Source: Giardia intestinalis (taxonomy: Eukaryota). From it: a stretch of 64,000 nucleotides of DNA. Under the pieces are notes generated by a model. That model was not told the origin of the DNA. It did not search any database and saw only the letters and a program-made list of their open reading frames with translations. Location of the stretch: NCBI GenBank assembly GCA_000002435.2, contig CM018793.1; one strand, 5' to 3'. Shown piece after piece: positions 20,406 to 30,040 of this stretch (positions are counted from its first letter, which is position 1; the number at the start of each line of letters is the position of its first letter). Both the position numbers and the translations under genes were made by a program.

Positions 20406-23400
20406 ATGCTCAAGCGGGCACCACGGCTACCTCCACGCATGGCACCCCTGCAGTATACCAACGCATCCCTACCTACAGAGGCCATGGCCCGGGCCTCAAC
20501 CGATTCTAGCCTTGCCTGCTCTGCGCAACACTTCTGTGGCCAGGCGCTTACATTTAGACAGAGCTTGGTCGATGACATGCAGCGGCGGGAAGAGGAGCTG
20601 AAGGTGAAGTCGAAGAGCCTGGAAAAAGATATGAACGAATTGCAGCGCCGGCTTGAGGCTGTCTCTCGTGCAGAGAAGCGTCTTGCAAAGGTGCAGAGGC
20701 AGCTTAGTGAAGCAGAGACAGCTCTTCAAGCTAAAAATAGCGAACTGATGCAGCTTACAGCTAGTCATGCAGCCATGAAACAGCGTGTTGTCGAGTTAGA
20801 GCGGCGACTTGAATCGCGGGCTATGAATATTGTTACAGCAGAAGGACACATTACCCTAGAGCGGCAGCGGCTTGCAGAGCTAAAGAAGAAGGCAAACGAT
20901 ATGGTGGACGAGGCTGTGACAGCCAAGGAGGAGGCAGCAAAGCTCTGCAAACGGTACCTTAGCGACAAAGCACAGCTCGATGAGAAAAATGCTAATTATC
21001 AGTTTCTGCAGCTAGAAAACAAAGAGCTGAAGAGGAAATTGGAAGAACTAGACAGGCTAAATAAGGTGAGAGATGACGAGGTCTCTCGTTTCCGTGCTCA
21101 ACAAGAATCAGAAGCCTTCCACCTCAAGCAGGATAAAGCGCACATTCAACGAATGGACGAACTTTGCACTGCTCGGGAAACCGCGATAGCACTTCGAGAA
21201 CGAGAATTAGAGCGTATGCTTAAAGAAATCGAAGGACTGCATCATATGTCAGATGATAAGACTGCAAAAATGGAGCTAGAACATCAAAAGGCTAAGTTAG
21301 AATATAAGTCTGCAATAGATTCCTTGACACATCGCATTAAATCCAAAGACATAGAGCTATCCAAGCTACAGATGGAAAACACGCATCTTAAAGAGGTCAC
21401 AGCCAATTCTCTCTCTATTGAAAATGCTACTGAGCTTAAGAGTGCCAACAAAGCTCTTTCAGCACACGTAGAAGAGCTCACTAGTCATCTGCTCTCGGTC
21501 AACGCCGCACTGGATAAGCTACAAATGGAAAACATAAAGCTTCTAGAAGAAAATAAACGAAATGGAACAATGTTAGAGCAACTACAAAGGTTTACGAAGA
21601 CAATACAACAACCAATGCCCCCAAGTGATGCTGTAACTGAAAGTTCACTATCTCACCGTCCAATGTCTCCCGCCGCTAGGCTTGCAGCAGATCGCATCAC
21701 TCATTATAATTCCATACTCTCCAGATCCCAACCAATAGATGGTCTTAAAAGCGCAATTAACCGACGAAAAGAAGACGCTAATGAGCGCCTGTTAGAAGTG
21801 CAAGATCTTCAGCAAACAGGGGGAGACACCAGCAGATTGTCCGCCAAGTCCCACAGTGTCGCTGGTGATGTAGGCTCGCACCCAAATGGTGTTGAAGCAA
21901 CAGCATATCGTACTCTGGAGGGGATTCACACCATTAGACTGAAATACGAAAGAGGGCTGATGCAGTCCGAGGACTTTTTGTCGGCTCTACACCGGGATGC
22001 ATCCAAGACTATAGACTATATATTTCGCAAGTCGCAGGAGCTTCAAGCAAAAGAGGAGCTCATCCAGCAGATTTGTGGGCAAATCAAAGCAGATGCAGAA
22101 AGCCTTGTAGTTGAACGTAGTAACTTAGAGCAACAAAGGAATGAAATTGAGAAGATAATAGCCGAAGAGGTGAAAATGCAACTACAAACCAAGCTAGCTA
22201 TCTATGAAAAAGAGAGAAGCGCAGAACTGTTATCGCCTGAGTTCAAGAAGTCTTTCATCGAAATTCTTCGATTACATAAGCAGATGCCTGAAGCCGATGC
22301 AGTCTACATATTAGAACGTATCATCTCGCGAGCAGCATCTGTCAACCGATCGGAATCTATACAGCGCATTGTGGACAACCAGTCAACTAGCACAGTTAAG
22401 AATCACGGGACTGTGACTTCCCCAGCAGAGGCACTGCCGGTGTCATCTAAGTCTTTCAGGTGTGAGTTCTGCGGCAGATCAAACGCTATCATTTCAAGCG
22501 TTACTGTCCGTGATGCCAGTGACAAGGGTGTCCAGACCGATACAAGACTCTCAGAATTGAAAGAATTTTATGCTATTGCAGACCAGTTGCAATCCTCGGT
22601 GAATAAGTTGCCAGTGGCCGCATCCACTCTGCAATCTACACATTCTGCCCGACTCTCCCCAAGTGCAGCTCGTCCCAATATTTCCATTCATGCGGCTGCT
22701 TCAGCCTTAAATGGAACTCCCAGCCAAGTAGATATACTTCCAGTATCTCTTTCACGAAGTGGTCTTACCAACTTCTCAGAAAGCAAGCCTAGGTACAGCC
22801 GCTTCAGCATGCTAGATACCCTGAACCAGACTCATGCCCCCACTATGCTGTCTCGCACAGCTGCAGATCTTTCGAAGGATGACTCGCTGTCGTCACGAGG
22901 GACACCGTCTCGAAGTCATTCTCTTGGGCGAACAGCTTCCAATCCAGATACGAGAAGCGTTAGATTCAGTGGTGTGTTGGAGCATGTATTATCGCCCCAT
23001 GATGGAGCGGGCAGCAAAGCAACTGCTCAGTCTATTCTTCTAACCGGGGATTCTGTCCAGGCGCTGGATACTTACCTTCGACGAGGGTACAATACCACCG
23101 GAAGTGTTCGCCCTGTCAATCTAATATCAAGCTCTGAAACCATGACTAGCCTGGCAGACCCATCACCCTCGACCGACAAGACATCGATTACGGCTAATAC
23201 TTCATCTATATCCACTACAAGTATAGGCTCCCACGACAGGCCGTACTATCGAGAAGCAAAGCAGAACGCAGCAGAAATAAACCGTTTACTCATGAAGACT
23301 GAGAATCTTACCAGGAAGCCGTTACCCATTCAATACAGTGATGCAACTCACACATCCATCTCTGCTATAACTAAGCCAGAAAGCGCTAGTGCTCTGCTGC

Positions 23401-23711
23401 AAATCCCTGTCAGCTCAACATCTAATATGAACGCTGTGAATCTTCCAGACTCTCAGCTCCTTCAGCGAGTGGAGGACATATTAAATCGCTCTGGAGCAGA
23501 GAGCCTTACTCTGGATCCCCCATCGTTGTCTCAAAGCGGAGGCTATCTCGAGGGATACATGGGTATGCGTGGATCGGAGGTGCCCCAACCATTTCCACCG
23601 CCTAGTACATCCAAGTTCTCTACCATATATGGCTTGGAATCTCCTGCTGGGCGGCAAGCAACAGCCTTGTCAGATAACATGGGCGGCTCAGATAGCTGCA
23701 TCTATGTTTAG
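20406..23711 (+). CDS. large coiled-coil protein with Ser/Thr-rich C-terminal half (1101 aa)
   Basis: Residues ~55-420 are heptad-rich (KVKSKSLEKDMNELQRRLEAV... etc.). ATG at 20406, 25 nt from the divergent gene start. Confidence 0.75.
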   Translation: MLKRAPRLPPRMAPLQYTNASLPTEAMARASTDSSLACSAQHFCGQALTFRQSLVDDMQRREEELKVKSKSLEKDMNELQRRLEAVSRAEKRLAKVQRQLSEAETALQAKNSELMQLTASHAAMKQRVVELERRLESRAMNIVTAEGHITLERQRLAELKKKANDMVDEAVTAKEEAAKLCKRYLSDKAQLDEKNANYQFLQLENKELKRKLEELDRLNKVRDDEVSRFRAQQESEAFHLKQDKAHIQRMDELCTARETAIALRERELERMLKEIEGLHHMSDDKTAKMELEHQKAKLEYKSAIDSLTHRIKSKDIELSKLQMENTHLKEVTANSLSIENATELKSANKALSAHVEELTSHLLSVNAALDKLQMENIKLLEENKRNGTMLEQLQRFTKTIQQPMPPSDAVTESSLSHRPMSPAARLAADRITHYNSILSRSQPIDGLKSAINRRKEDANERLLEVQDLQQTGGDTSRLSAKSHSVAGDVGSHPNGVEATAYRTLEGIHTIRLKYERGLMQSEDFLSALHRDASKTIDYIFRKSQELQAKEELIQQICGQIKADAESLVVERSNLEQQRNEIEKIIAEEVKMQLQTKLAIYEKERSAELLSPEFKKSFIEILRLHKQMPEADAVYILERIISRAASVNRSESIQRIVDNQSTSTVKNHGTVTSPAEALPVSSKSFRCEFCGRSNAIISSVTVRDASDKGVQTDTRLSELKEFYAIADQLQSSVNKLPVAASTLQSTHSARLSPSAARPNISIHAAASALNGTPSQVDILPVSLSRSGLTNFSESKPRYSRFSMLDTLNQTHAPTMLSRTAADLSKDDSLSSRGTPSRSHSLGRTASNPDTRSVRFSGVLEHVLSPHDGAGSKATAQSILLTGDSVQALDTYLRRGYNTTGSVRPVNLISSSETMTSLADPSPSTDKTSITANTSSISTTSIGSHDRPYYREAKQNAAEINRLLMKTENLTRKPLPIQYSDATHTSISAITKPESASALLQIPVSSTSNMNAVNLPDSQLLQRVEDILNRSGAESLTLDPPSLSQSGGYLEGYMGMRGSEVPQPFPPPSTSKFSTIYGLESPAGRQATALSDNMGGSDSCIYV

Positions 23712-24220
23712 TCTACTTTGAATGATACAGCTCGCGCAGTAAGCCATAGAATAGAGCAGCTGTATGTAAGGCTTAAAGCCATCATGAAATTGGTGTTCAT
23801 TGCGTCGTATCGTTTCCAGACAAAGATGCAGGACGCAAACATGCATACTATGTAACTGCGAATTCTGTGGGCTGTCAGGAAACGTGGGAACAAAAGAGTA
23901 AGTAGAAGCTCTGCACCAAGAAGTACCCAAGCTGGGTTTCTGATGGTAGTCCAAACAAATATGCAATAACCAGCACAAAATTCAAGCTCGTTCTTTAGTT
24001 GACGAGCTGCTACCGAGTTGCTATATATGTCATAGAAGCTGCAGCCCAGGCAGAATATCGCAATCCCATAACAAATAGAAAATTGAAACAGCCCGTATTC
24101 AGTTATAGATGCAACTGCATGCCACAGCATACATAGGGACGGACTAATAGAAAAGCCATTCCAGTCGTTTGCCCACACAAGGCCACTTAGACACAAGCCA
24201 AGAAGCATTCCGAGAAGCAT
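23708..24220 (-). CDS. small hypothetical membrane protein (~170 aa, 4-5 TM)
   Basis: Hydrophobic segments throughout. The track start is TTG; first ATG at 24220. Its stop overlaps the stop of the convergent coiled-coil gene. Confidence 0.4.
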   Translation of the reverse strand: MLLGMLLGLCLSGLVWANDWNGFSISPSLCMLWHAVASITEYGLFQFSICYGIAIFCLGCSFYDIYSNSVAARQLKNELEFCAGYCIFVWTTIRNPAWVLLGAELLLTLLFPRFLTAHRIRSYIVCMFASCIFVWKRYDAMNTNFMMALSLTYSCSILWLTARAVSFKVD

Positions 24221-24631
24221 AGCGTTGAATAGATAGCTATGTGCTGCGTGCAACTTATCAACGCTTTTCCTTTGTGAATTTGTATACTAAGTAAATTATA
24301 CAGCTGTGCAGCTGGACACTTAGCAGTTATATGGCGATTACAATGCAACAGTGACATGTTCAAACCATGAAGGCCGCTGCCGATATTCCTGTAGATTTGT
24401 CGAGGGACAAAGCTTTAGTAAAATGAAAATATCTTAGCTTTTGTGTTACACATTTGAAGCGGTCAAGACGTGAGCTGAATGAGCAGTTGGAGAAACCCGG
24501 AAGCAATGTGTGCAGATCTTGTTAAGGAAACAGAAAGTTATGTAGATACTTTTTGACAGTGGGCAGAGCCATCCAGGACATTCTATTGGGAAGACTTTAG
24601 TAAAGAAAAATTAGCCTGTAGTTTAGAAGCA

Positions 24632-26740
24632 ATGGAGAAGATCAAGACCTATCTAGGTAAGATGTGGGAGCCAATAACAATACTCCAATCGCAAGTACTG
24701 CAGCACGATGTTTTTCAGTCAAAGCCGGGTCCAGTATATATGCAGCCGTCTAAGAGTCCACAGGATAATTCAGTAGATGAGCTTACAACGTCGACCAGTG
24801 ACCCTGCACTTATCACAGATGGCGACGGTGTCAAGGAGCCCGTGCTGAAGCAAGCCTCTCCCACTTCCTCTGTACCCACGCTGATCAATCCCGGAAAGCC
24901 ACCTACTTTGGCGACACAGCCACCTGCCTCTGCCTTTGAGCGCTCGCCATTCACTGCGTGCTTTAACCATGACCCAACCGGTGTACCCTTGCATAGAGGA
25001 TTCGACGAAGACTCCTTCTTTCAGCACCGATCATTCCCAGATGAGGCCTACTACAAGAAAGCTATGCAGCACGTGGGATTTACAGAATACAGGCATGGTC
25101 AGCGAGCCGCGCTGTACTGCATTAATACCATGCGCAAGGTTCTAGCAATTATGCCTACTGGCCACGGGAAGTCTGCCCTGTTCGTCCTCCCTGCGCTGGC
25201 CTCCTCCAGAATTGCTGTTGTCATTATGCCCACTGTTTCTTTGCAACAGGACCAGTTTAATCAGTGGGCTCAGTACTTGACTGTCCGGGTGTGCACTTCA
25301 CAATCAGGGCATAGAGAAGGGGCGATTCGCTCTCGAGACGTTGCTGCACTCACTGGCCCGTTAATACTCATTGTCACTCCAGAAAAGCTTTGCATAGATG
25401 CTATCCTCCAAGAAGCCATTACTTCTCTCACGCAAAGGGGGCGAATCTGTCTGTTTGCCATTGATGAGGCACACCTTGTTCTGGAGTGGGTCTCCTTCCG
25501 ACCCGAGTTTCTTAGTGCAGCAGATCTTCTTCAAAAGTGGCACATGCAAGGTAATAGCAGTCTTCTCTTGCTGACGGCAACGCTCACCTCCACAGCCTGC
25601 CGACGCCTTATGGAGATATTCCATTTTACCTGCAATGACAGGGTGGACGAGATGTGCACAAGCGAAAGACAGCTTCTGTACCGAACCAGTGCTGTGGATC
25701 ATTTGCTTGTCTTTCCTGCTTACAAAGACAATATATTTCTGGATGTAGTAGAGATTGGAGCAAACACCCCACTTATTGAAGAAGTCCTGGATGCGCTGAA
25801 GGGATACATGGCTGACTCCAGTATCATATACTGTCGGAGACGGGCAGATAACGATGTACTAGCCAATAACCTAAATTGTGCCCTGAAGAAAGGATTTGCA
25901 GAATCATATCATAGTAGTAAGCAGGACCAGAGTGAAATTGTGCAGCGGTGGCTTAGCGGAAGAACCCTCTGTGTATGCGCCACTATTGCTTTCGGGATGG
26001 GGATCAATAAGCCAAATGTTCGACTCGTTATCGATGCTGACCCCTCTGGCTCCATCAACACTATCCTTCAGAAGATTGGAAGGTGTGGAAGGGATGGGCA
26101 GCCAGCGAAGGCAGCCCTTTATTACAATTGCAAGGAGCTGCAGAAGCTTCTTCTTATTGTAGCACGGGATCATGACCAGAGCCTTCTTTCTGCCGCCGTT
26201 TCTGCTTGCCTTTTCTACCTTCGAGATGATATCTGTAAGTGGCGGCTAATGTTACTGTACTTTGGTCAAGAGATAGAAAGGAGTGGTGCCCCGATAGAAC
26301 GGTGCGGTCATTGTAGCTATTGCTGTTCGTCCCCCGTGGAAGTCAATGAAGATCACGAATCTGATTCCAGTGACTGCCAGCCTCTAGTACTATCGCTCTT
26401 ACTATTCATTGAGCACAATAAGATGCACGAAGCTGATGGAAAGACAGGCTTCACTGCTGCCATAAATCATTTGGACAAGATCTTCATCCGAAAGCAATCT
26501 AAAGGACGAAAGCAGCCGGAAGGCCCCTTTTATAGCAAGCGTAAGATCCTTCAGACCGTCTTAGAGTTAGTACAAGCTGGCTATCTAGAGTTCTACATGA
26601 GCAGTTTTCAGGGGACCCTTTGTCTCCGTTTGAACCCAAACCGCGCCATAGAGGCAAAGACCATCAGACACATAAGCACAGTCTACAGAGATAAAAGCGA
26701 TAACAAAAGCAACAACAGCAGTTTAATCATTAAAACATAA
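24632..26740 (+). CDS. RecQ-family ATP-dependent DNA helicase
   Basis: Matches RecQ motifs: RHGQRAALYCINTMRKVLAIMPTGHGKSALFVLPAL...IMPTVSLQQDQ, FAIDEAHLVLEWVSFRPEF (DEAH), LLLTATLT, HSSKQDQSEIVQRWLSGRTLCVCATIAFGMGINKPNVRLVI, GRCGRDGQPA, and a Zn module CGHCSYCC. ATG at 24632 preceded by aaagaaaaattagcc. Confidence 0.85.
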   Translation: MEKIKTYLGKMWEPITILQSQVLQHDVFQSKPGPVYMQPSKSPQDNSVDELTTSTSDPALITDGDGVKEPVLKQASPTSSVPTLINPGKPPTLATQPPASAFERSPFTACFNHDPTGVPLHRGFDEDSFFQHRSFPDEAYYKKAMQHVGFTEYRHGQRAALYCINTMRKVLAIMPTGHGKSALFVLPALASSRIAVVIMPTVSLQQDQFNQWAQYLTVRVCTSQSGHREGAIRSRDVAALTGPLILIVTPEKLCIDAILQEAITSLTQRGRICLFAIDEAHLVLEWVSFRPEFLSAADLLQKWHMQGNSSLLLLTATLTSTACRRLMEIFHFTCNDRVDEMCTSERQLLYRTSAVDHLLVFPAYKDNIFLDVVEIGANTPLIEEVLDALKGYMADSSIIYCRRRADNDVLANNLNCALKKGFAESYHSSKQDQSEIVQRWLSGRTLCVCATIAFGMGINKPNVRLVIDADPSGSINTILQKIGRCGRDGQPAKAALYYNCKELQKLLLIVARDHDQSLLSAAVSACLFYLRDDICKWRLMLLYFGQEIERSGAPIERCGHCSYCCSSPVEVNEDHESDSSDCQPLVLSLLLFIEHNKMHEADGKTGFTAAINHLDKIFIRKQSKGRKQPEGPFYSKRKILQTVLELVQAGYLEFYMSSFQGTLCLRLNPNRAIEAKTIRHISTVYRDKSDNKSNNSSLIIKT

Positions 26741-26754
26741 GACCAGGACCAGTT

Positions 26755-29112
26755 TTAGATAGTATTCTCGTTGATACACCTCCGTGCTATGTTAAACAGC
26801 TGTTGCTGATCAGGTCCCATGATTGCACCAGCAACTATACGAGCCTGGGAAAGCTCAAACATGGAGAGCAAACACCCTGATGCAACCACTATAAACCCTT
26901 GTCTGTGTGCATATGGAAAGACAGTGAGAACACAAAGTGGAGAGCAAGTCAGTGTGGCTATAGCGGACCTACAACCCAGACGCTGCAAGTTCATGGATAG
27001 CCCCTTGTTACAAATGCCACTTACGTCTATGAAGCGTGCTCCCCATCTATCGTCGTTGTGTCCTCGAAGAGCATTGACACAAGAAACGTTATACACATCA
27101 GTTGCACAATATATGTCTTTAGTTTGCACCTGATCAGTTATGAGAATAACGCGCTGAACACCGAGGACTTGACAGAGCCTAGCGGGGAACGTCGTTTCTT
27201 GTAGTGACACCTTGTTGCATATACTTGGAACTACGAAGATAAGAATGCCCGTGCGCACATCAAAGTAGATATCTAACGGACTTGATACTGAAAGGCGACG
27301 ATAGCTGGACAGATCAACACGGTTCTTAACAGAATCAATCAGAATAGCGTTCTTAAAATCTGCAATCACATACGTTTTAATTTCATTGGCAACACGCCCT
27401 ACGTGTTCATATTTTAACTGCTGAATGTTATCAAAGAGTGAAAACTCATACTTTTTAACCAAGGAATGTGTAATCGAAACCTTTGTGGCCGTCGACAAAA
27501 TAGATACAAAGCGAGGATCACTGCATATCTCCAAGAGCTGCTGAGCAGACCCTACGAAAAGATTTTTGAGACCAAGAGCCCGTGCAACGGCGACCAGACC
27601 GAAATGGAAGGCATTAGTCACTGCAGTCATGGTGGTCTTACCTAGCATCGCAGTAATGTATGTACTAGCAGGGTTTTCAAGCGATTCTACGACCAATAAG
27701 AATGTATTATTGGCTAGCGAAGACAAGTATTTATATGCAGAGCCGTTGAACAGAGGTTGTCCTCGGCCTTCCAATTCGACAAGGCAGGCACCATGAACGC
27801 TGGTAAAATTCATGATGTTTTCAAGACGCACCAGCCCAGGGTGCATAAGGGTTCTGTCTAAAATCAGAAAGACACTTATCCCTAACTCCATAGATGCCTC
27901 GAAGACGGCCACAATCTTTCGCAGGGAGAGGTTGAGAGGCACACCAACAACCAGACAAGTATCCATGGGTTTAACAAAGAAGATTGGGGAAGAGATGAAG
28001 AGACAAAATCGAAGCTTACTCAGACCTGGAACATCGTTTAGAATCTCTTTAACGTCTTCTGCGCTGGGAAGGGACTCGGTAGCCGGGACAATCGGTGTAT
28101 CCCGGACCTTGGGGGTATACCTCGAAAGCAGGGGCAGTCTGGGGATGTTGACTCTCGCAATAAGTGCCCCAATTAAAGCGTAAACAGCTGTACTGACAGC
28201 ATCACTTACCAATTTTACATCTGCATGATCAAGGGTCTCCTTAGAAAGACCGGCGGCTAGATTTGTTACCACGCTGAGACCAATGACGTGCATTCCAAGG
28301 AGACGGGCGCAAAGAGCTTCAGGAATGCTAGACATTCCTACTGCCCCGGGCCCTAGTGACATGATAGTCTCCGTGTCAATCTGCGTTTCATAGTGAGGCC
28401 CCGAGTTGAGCACGTAAGTACCCTCATAGACCTTTACCATGTGCTTATGCCCCTTGAGCATGATACTGGTCTTATCAATGAAGGCCTTATCTTTTGCTAG
28501 TTCTCTGACCAAGCTACGAAGCTCTGCAGAATATATGTTAGCATTGGGGATGCTACTTGGATAATGAAATAGACCCGGGGTCTTTAAATAACCCAGCAAC
28601 GCTTTGAGATTCTCTAACTCCAGAAGGCAGTCAGGATCATGTTGGAGCTGGCAGGATTCGTACCCATAAAGAGGGTTCCAGCGGAGAAGGGACATCTGGT
28701 CGTTAATTAGCATCAAACACCCTGCTTCCATGCCCCGCTTTGTCCCTCCTGCCGCATTTGTAACAATATAAATGCGTGCTCCAAGGTAGCATGCAACGTA
28801 AGGGAAAATAGTCAGTGTCGGCGGCGTGTATCCTTCGTAGCTATGAAATCGGCCACTGAAACATAAAATTGTCTTATCTCCCATTTCCCCCACTAGAACC
28901 TTGCCAGAATGGCCTGAAACAGAGGTCTTTGCCATGAAGGGAACGCGTTCGTAATCTATCTCAGTGTAACCAGTGGAAAACATCCTATCGGCAAACCCAG
29001 AAAGACCAGAGCCCAAGACTACGGCTATGTCCACCTTCTTACCAATGATGTTCTTGATATAGTCTGCTGCCTCATGCATATGGGATGTGAAGACATCATA
29101 GGTTAATTGCAT
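26755..29112 (-). CDS. PNP: purine nucleoside phosphorylase family protein (PNP_UDP_1), N-terminal canonical PNP domain plus ~490 aa of degenerate PNP-like repeats
   Basis: First ~300 aa match trimeric PNP end to end (VVLGSGLSGFADRM, FSGRFHSYEGY, IVTNAAGG, EGTYVLNSGPHYET, VGMSSIPEALCARLLGMHVIGLSVVTNLAAG). The downstream half carries ordered echoes (HPGLV...LEGR, TAVTNAF, ARLCQVLGVQRVILITDQV, LRGHNDDRWGARFIDVSG, IARRC). The track start at 29172 adds 20 aa. The ATG at 29112 is preceded by ggttgcaaaaaataaaa. Confidence 0.85.
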   Translation of the reverse strand: MQLTYDVFTSHMHEAADYIKNIIGKKVDIAVVLGSGLSGFADRMFSTGYTEIDYERVPFMAKTSVSGHSGKVLVGEMGDKTILCFSGRFHSYEGYTPPTLTIFPYVACYLGARIYIVTNAAGGTKRGMEAGCLMLINDQMSLLRWNPLYGYESCQLQHDPDCLLELENLKALLGYLKTPGLFHYPSSIPNANIYSAELRSLVRELAKDKAFIDKTSIMLKGHKHMVKVYEGTYVLNSGPHYETQIDTETIMSLGPGAVGMSSIPEALCARLLGMHVIGLSVVTNLAAGLSKETLDHADVKLVSDAVSTAVYALIGALIARVNIPRLPLLSRYTPKVRDTPIVPATESLPSAEDVKEILNDVPGLSKLRFCLFISSPIFFVKPMDTCLVVGVPLNLSLRKIVAVFEASMELGISVFLILDRTLMHPGLVRLENIMNFTSVHGACLVELEGRGQPLFNGSAYKYLSSLANNTFLLVVESLENPASTYITAMLGKTTMTAVTNAFHFGLVAVARALGLKNLFVGSAQQLLEICSDPRFVSILSTATKVSITHSLVKKYEFSLFDNIQQLKYEHVGRVANEIKTYVIADFKNAILIDSVKNRVDLSSYRRLSVSSPLDIYFDVRTGILIFVVPSICNKVSLQETTFPARLCQVLGVQRVILITDQVQTKDIYCATDVYNVSCVNALRGHNDDRWGARFIDVSGICNKGLSMNLQRLGCRSAIATLTCSPLCVLTVFPYAHRQGFIVVASGCLLSMFELSQARIVAGAIMGPDQQQLFNIARRCINENTI

Positions 29113-29342
29113 TTTTATTTTTTGCAACCTAAACCCCGATGCAACTAACGACAATCCTTGGTAGATTACCATGGGTATGCAAGATGTTGTAGAAGCATAT
29201 TATCTGTGAATCAGCTTAGTAAATTTACTACCATGCAAACTCTCAACCATCTTCTTATCTTGCGAGCTACTACAGTTGAAGAGGTCTGGACGTTTAAGAA
29301 AGGCGCGAAATTTCACAGAGCAAATCGAGAGCGCATTAAAAA

Positions 29343-29981
29343 ATGAGCTGGATGGATTACACAACCGATGGCCCCGGGCCGGGCGGCTACATGATCCAAT
29401 CAACCATTGGTAAAGCCCCAGCATTTTCTTTGCGTGGAAGGCACAAGGAAAGCTCCAAAGATGCAGGTCCTGGCCCTGCTCAATATGATGTCACCAATGG
29501 AATGAAAGCGACCAAACGGTCTTTACCGTCATTCTCTCTCTCTAGTCGCACTCAGACTCTTGATAAGAAGAACGTTCCTGGCCCTGGTGCATACACTGTG
29601 AGCGATATAGTCGGAAAAAAGAAGGCTCCTGCGTTCTCCCTCTCTGGAAGGCATGCGGTCGCCGCCAGCAACGACAACCCGGGGCCGGGGGCCTATGAAA
29701 ACAACTACCTCTCCACGGGGAAGGACGCGCCGGCCGCCTCCCTTTCGGGTCGCCACCCAGACCTGGCCAAGAACACAAATCCGGGTCCGGGTGCATATAA
29801 TGTAGACAATGACCGCGTCATCAACAGGTCCGAACCGGCGTTCTCGCTCTCCGGGAGGTACGACGTCACGAAGACAAACGAGACCCCCGGCCCAGGGGCG
29901 TATGGTGTTCAAGGAGAGCTGGGTGGTCCTGCATTCACCCTTCGAAGCCGTACAAAAATGCATGTGAAGCCAGTGGATTAG
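29343..29981 (+). CDS. SHIPPO-repeat (sperm-tail PG-rich repeat) protein, 212 aa
   Basis: Seven PGPG[AG]Y units with AFSL[SR]GR spacers, e.g. GPGPGGY, GPGPAQY, PGPGAYTV, PGPGAYEN. ATG at 29343 preceded by gcattaaaaa. Confidence 0.8.
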   Translation: MSWMDYTTDGPGPGGYMIQSTIGKAPAFSLRGRHKESSKDAGPGPAQYDVTNGMKATKRSLPSFSLSSRTQTLDKKNVPGPGAYTVSDIVGKKKAPAFSLSGRHAVAASNDNPGPGAYENNYLSTGKDAPAASLSGRHPDLAKNTNPGPGAYNVDNDRVINRSEPAFSLSGRYDVTKTNETPGPGAYGVQGELGGPAFTLRSRTKMHVKPVD

Positions 29982-30040
29982 TGAAGAAGTGAATGCAAGG
30001 AGCACCTTGACTCTACTTTACCACCATATCTTAATGCGAT

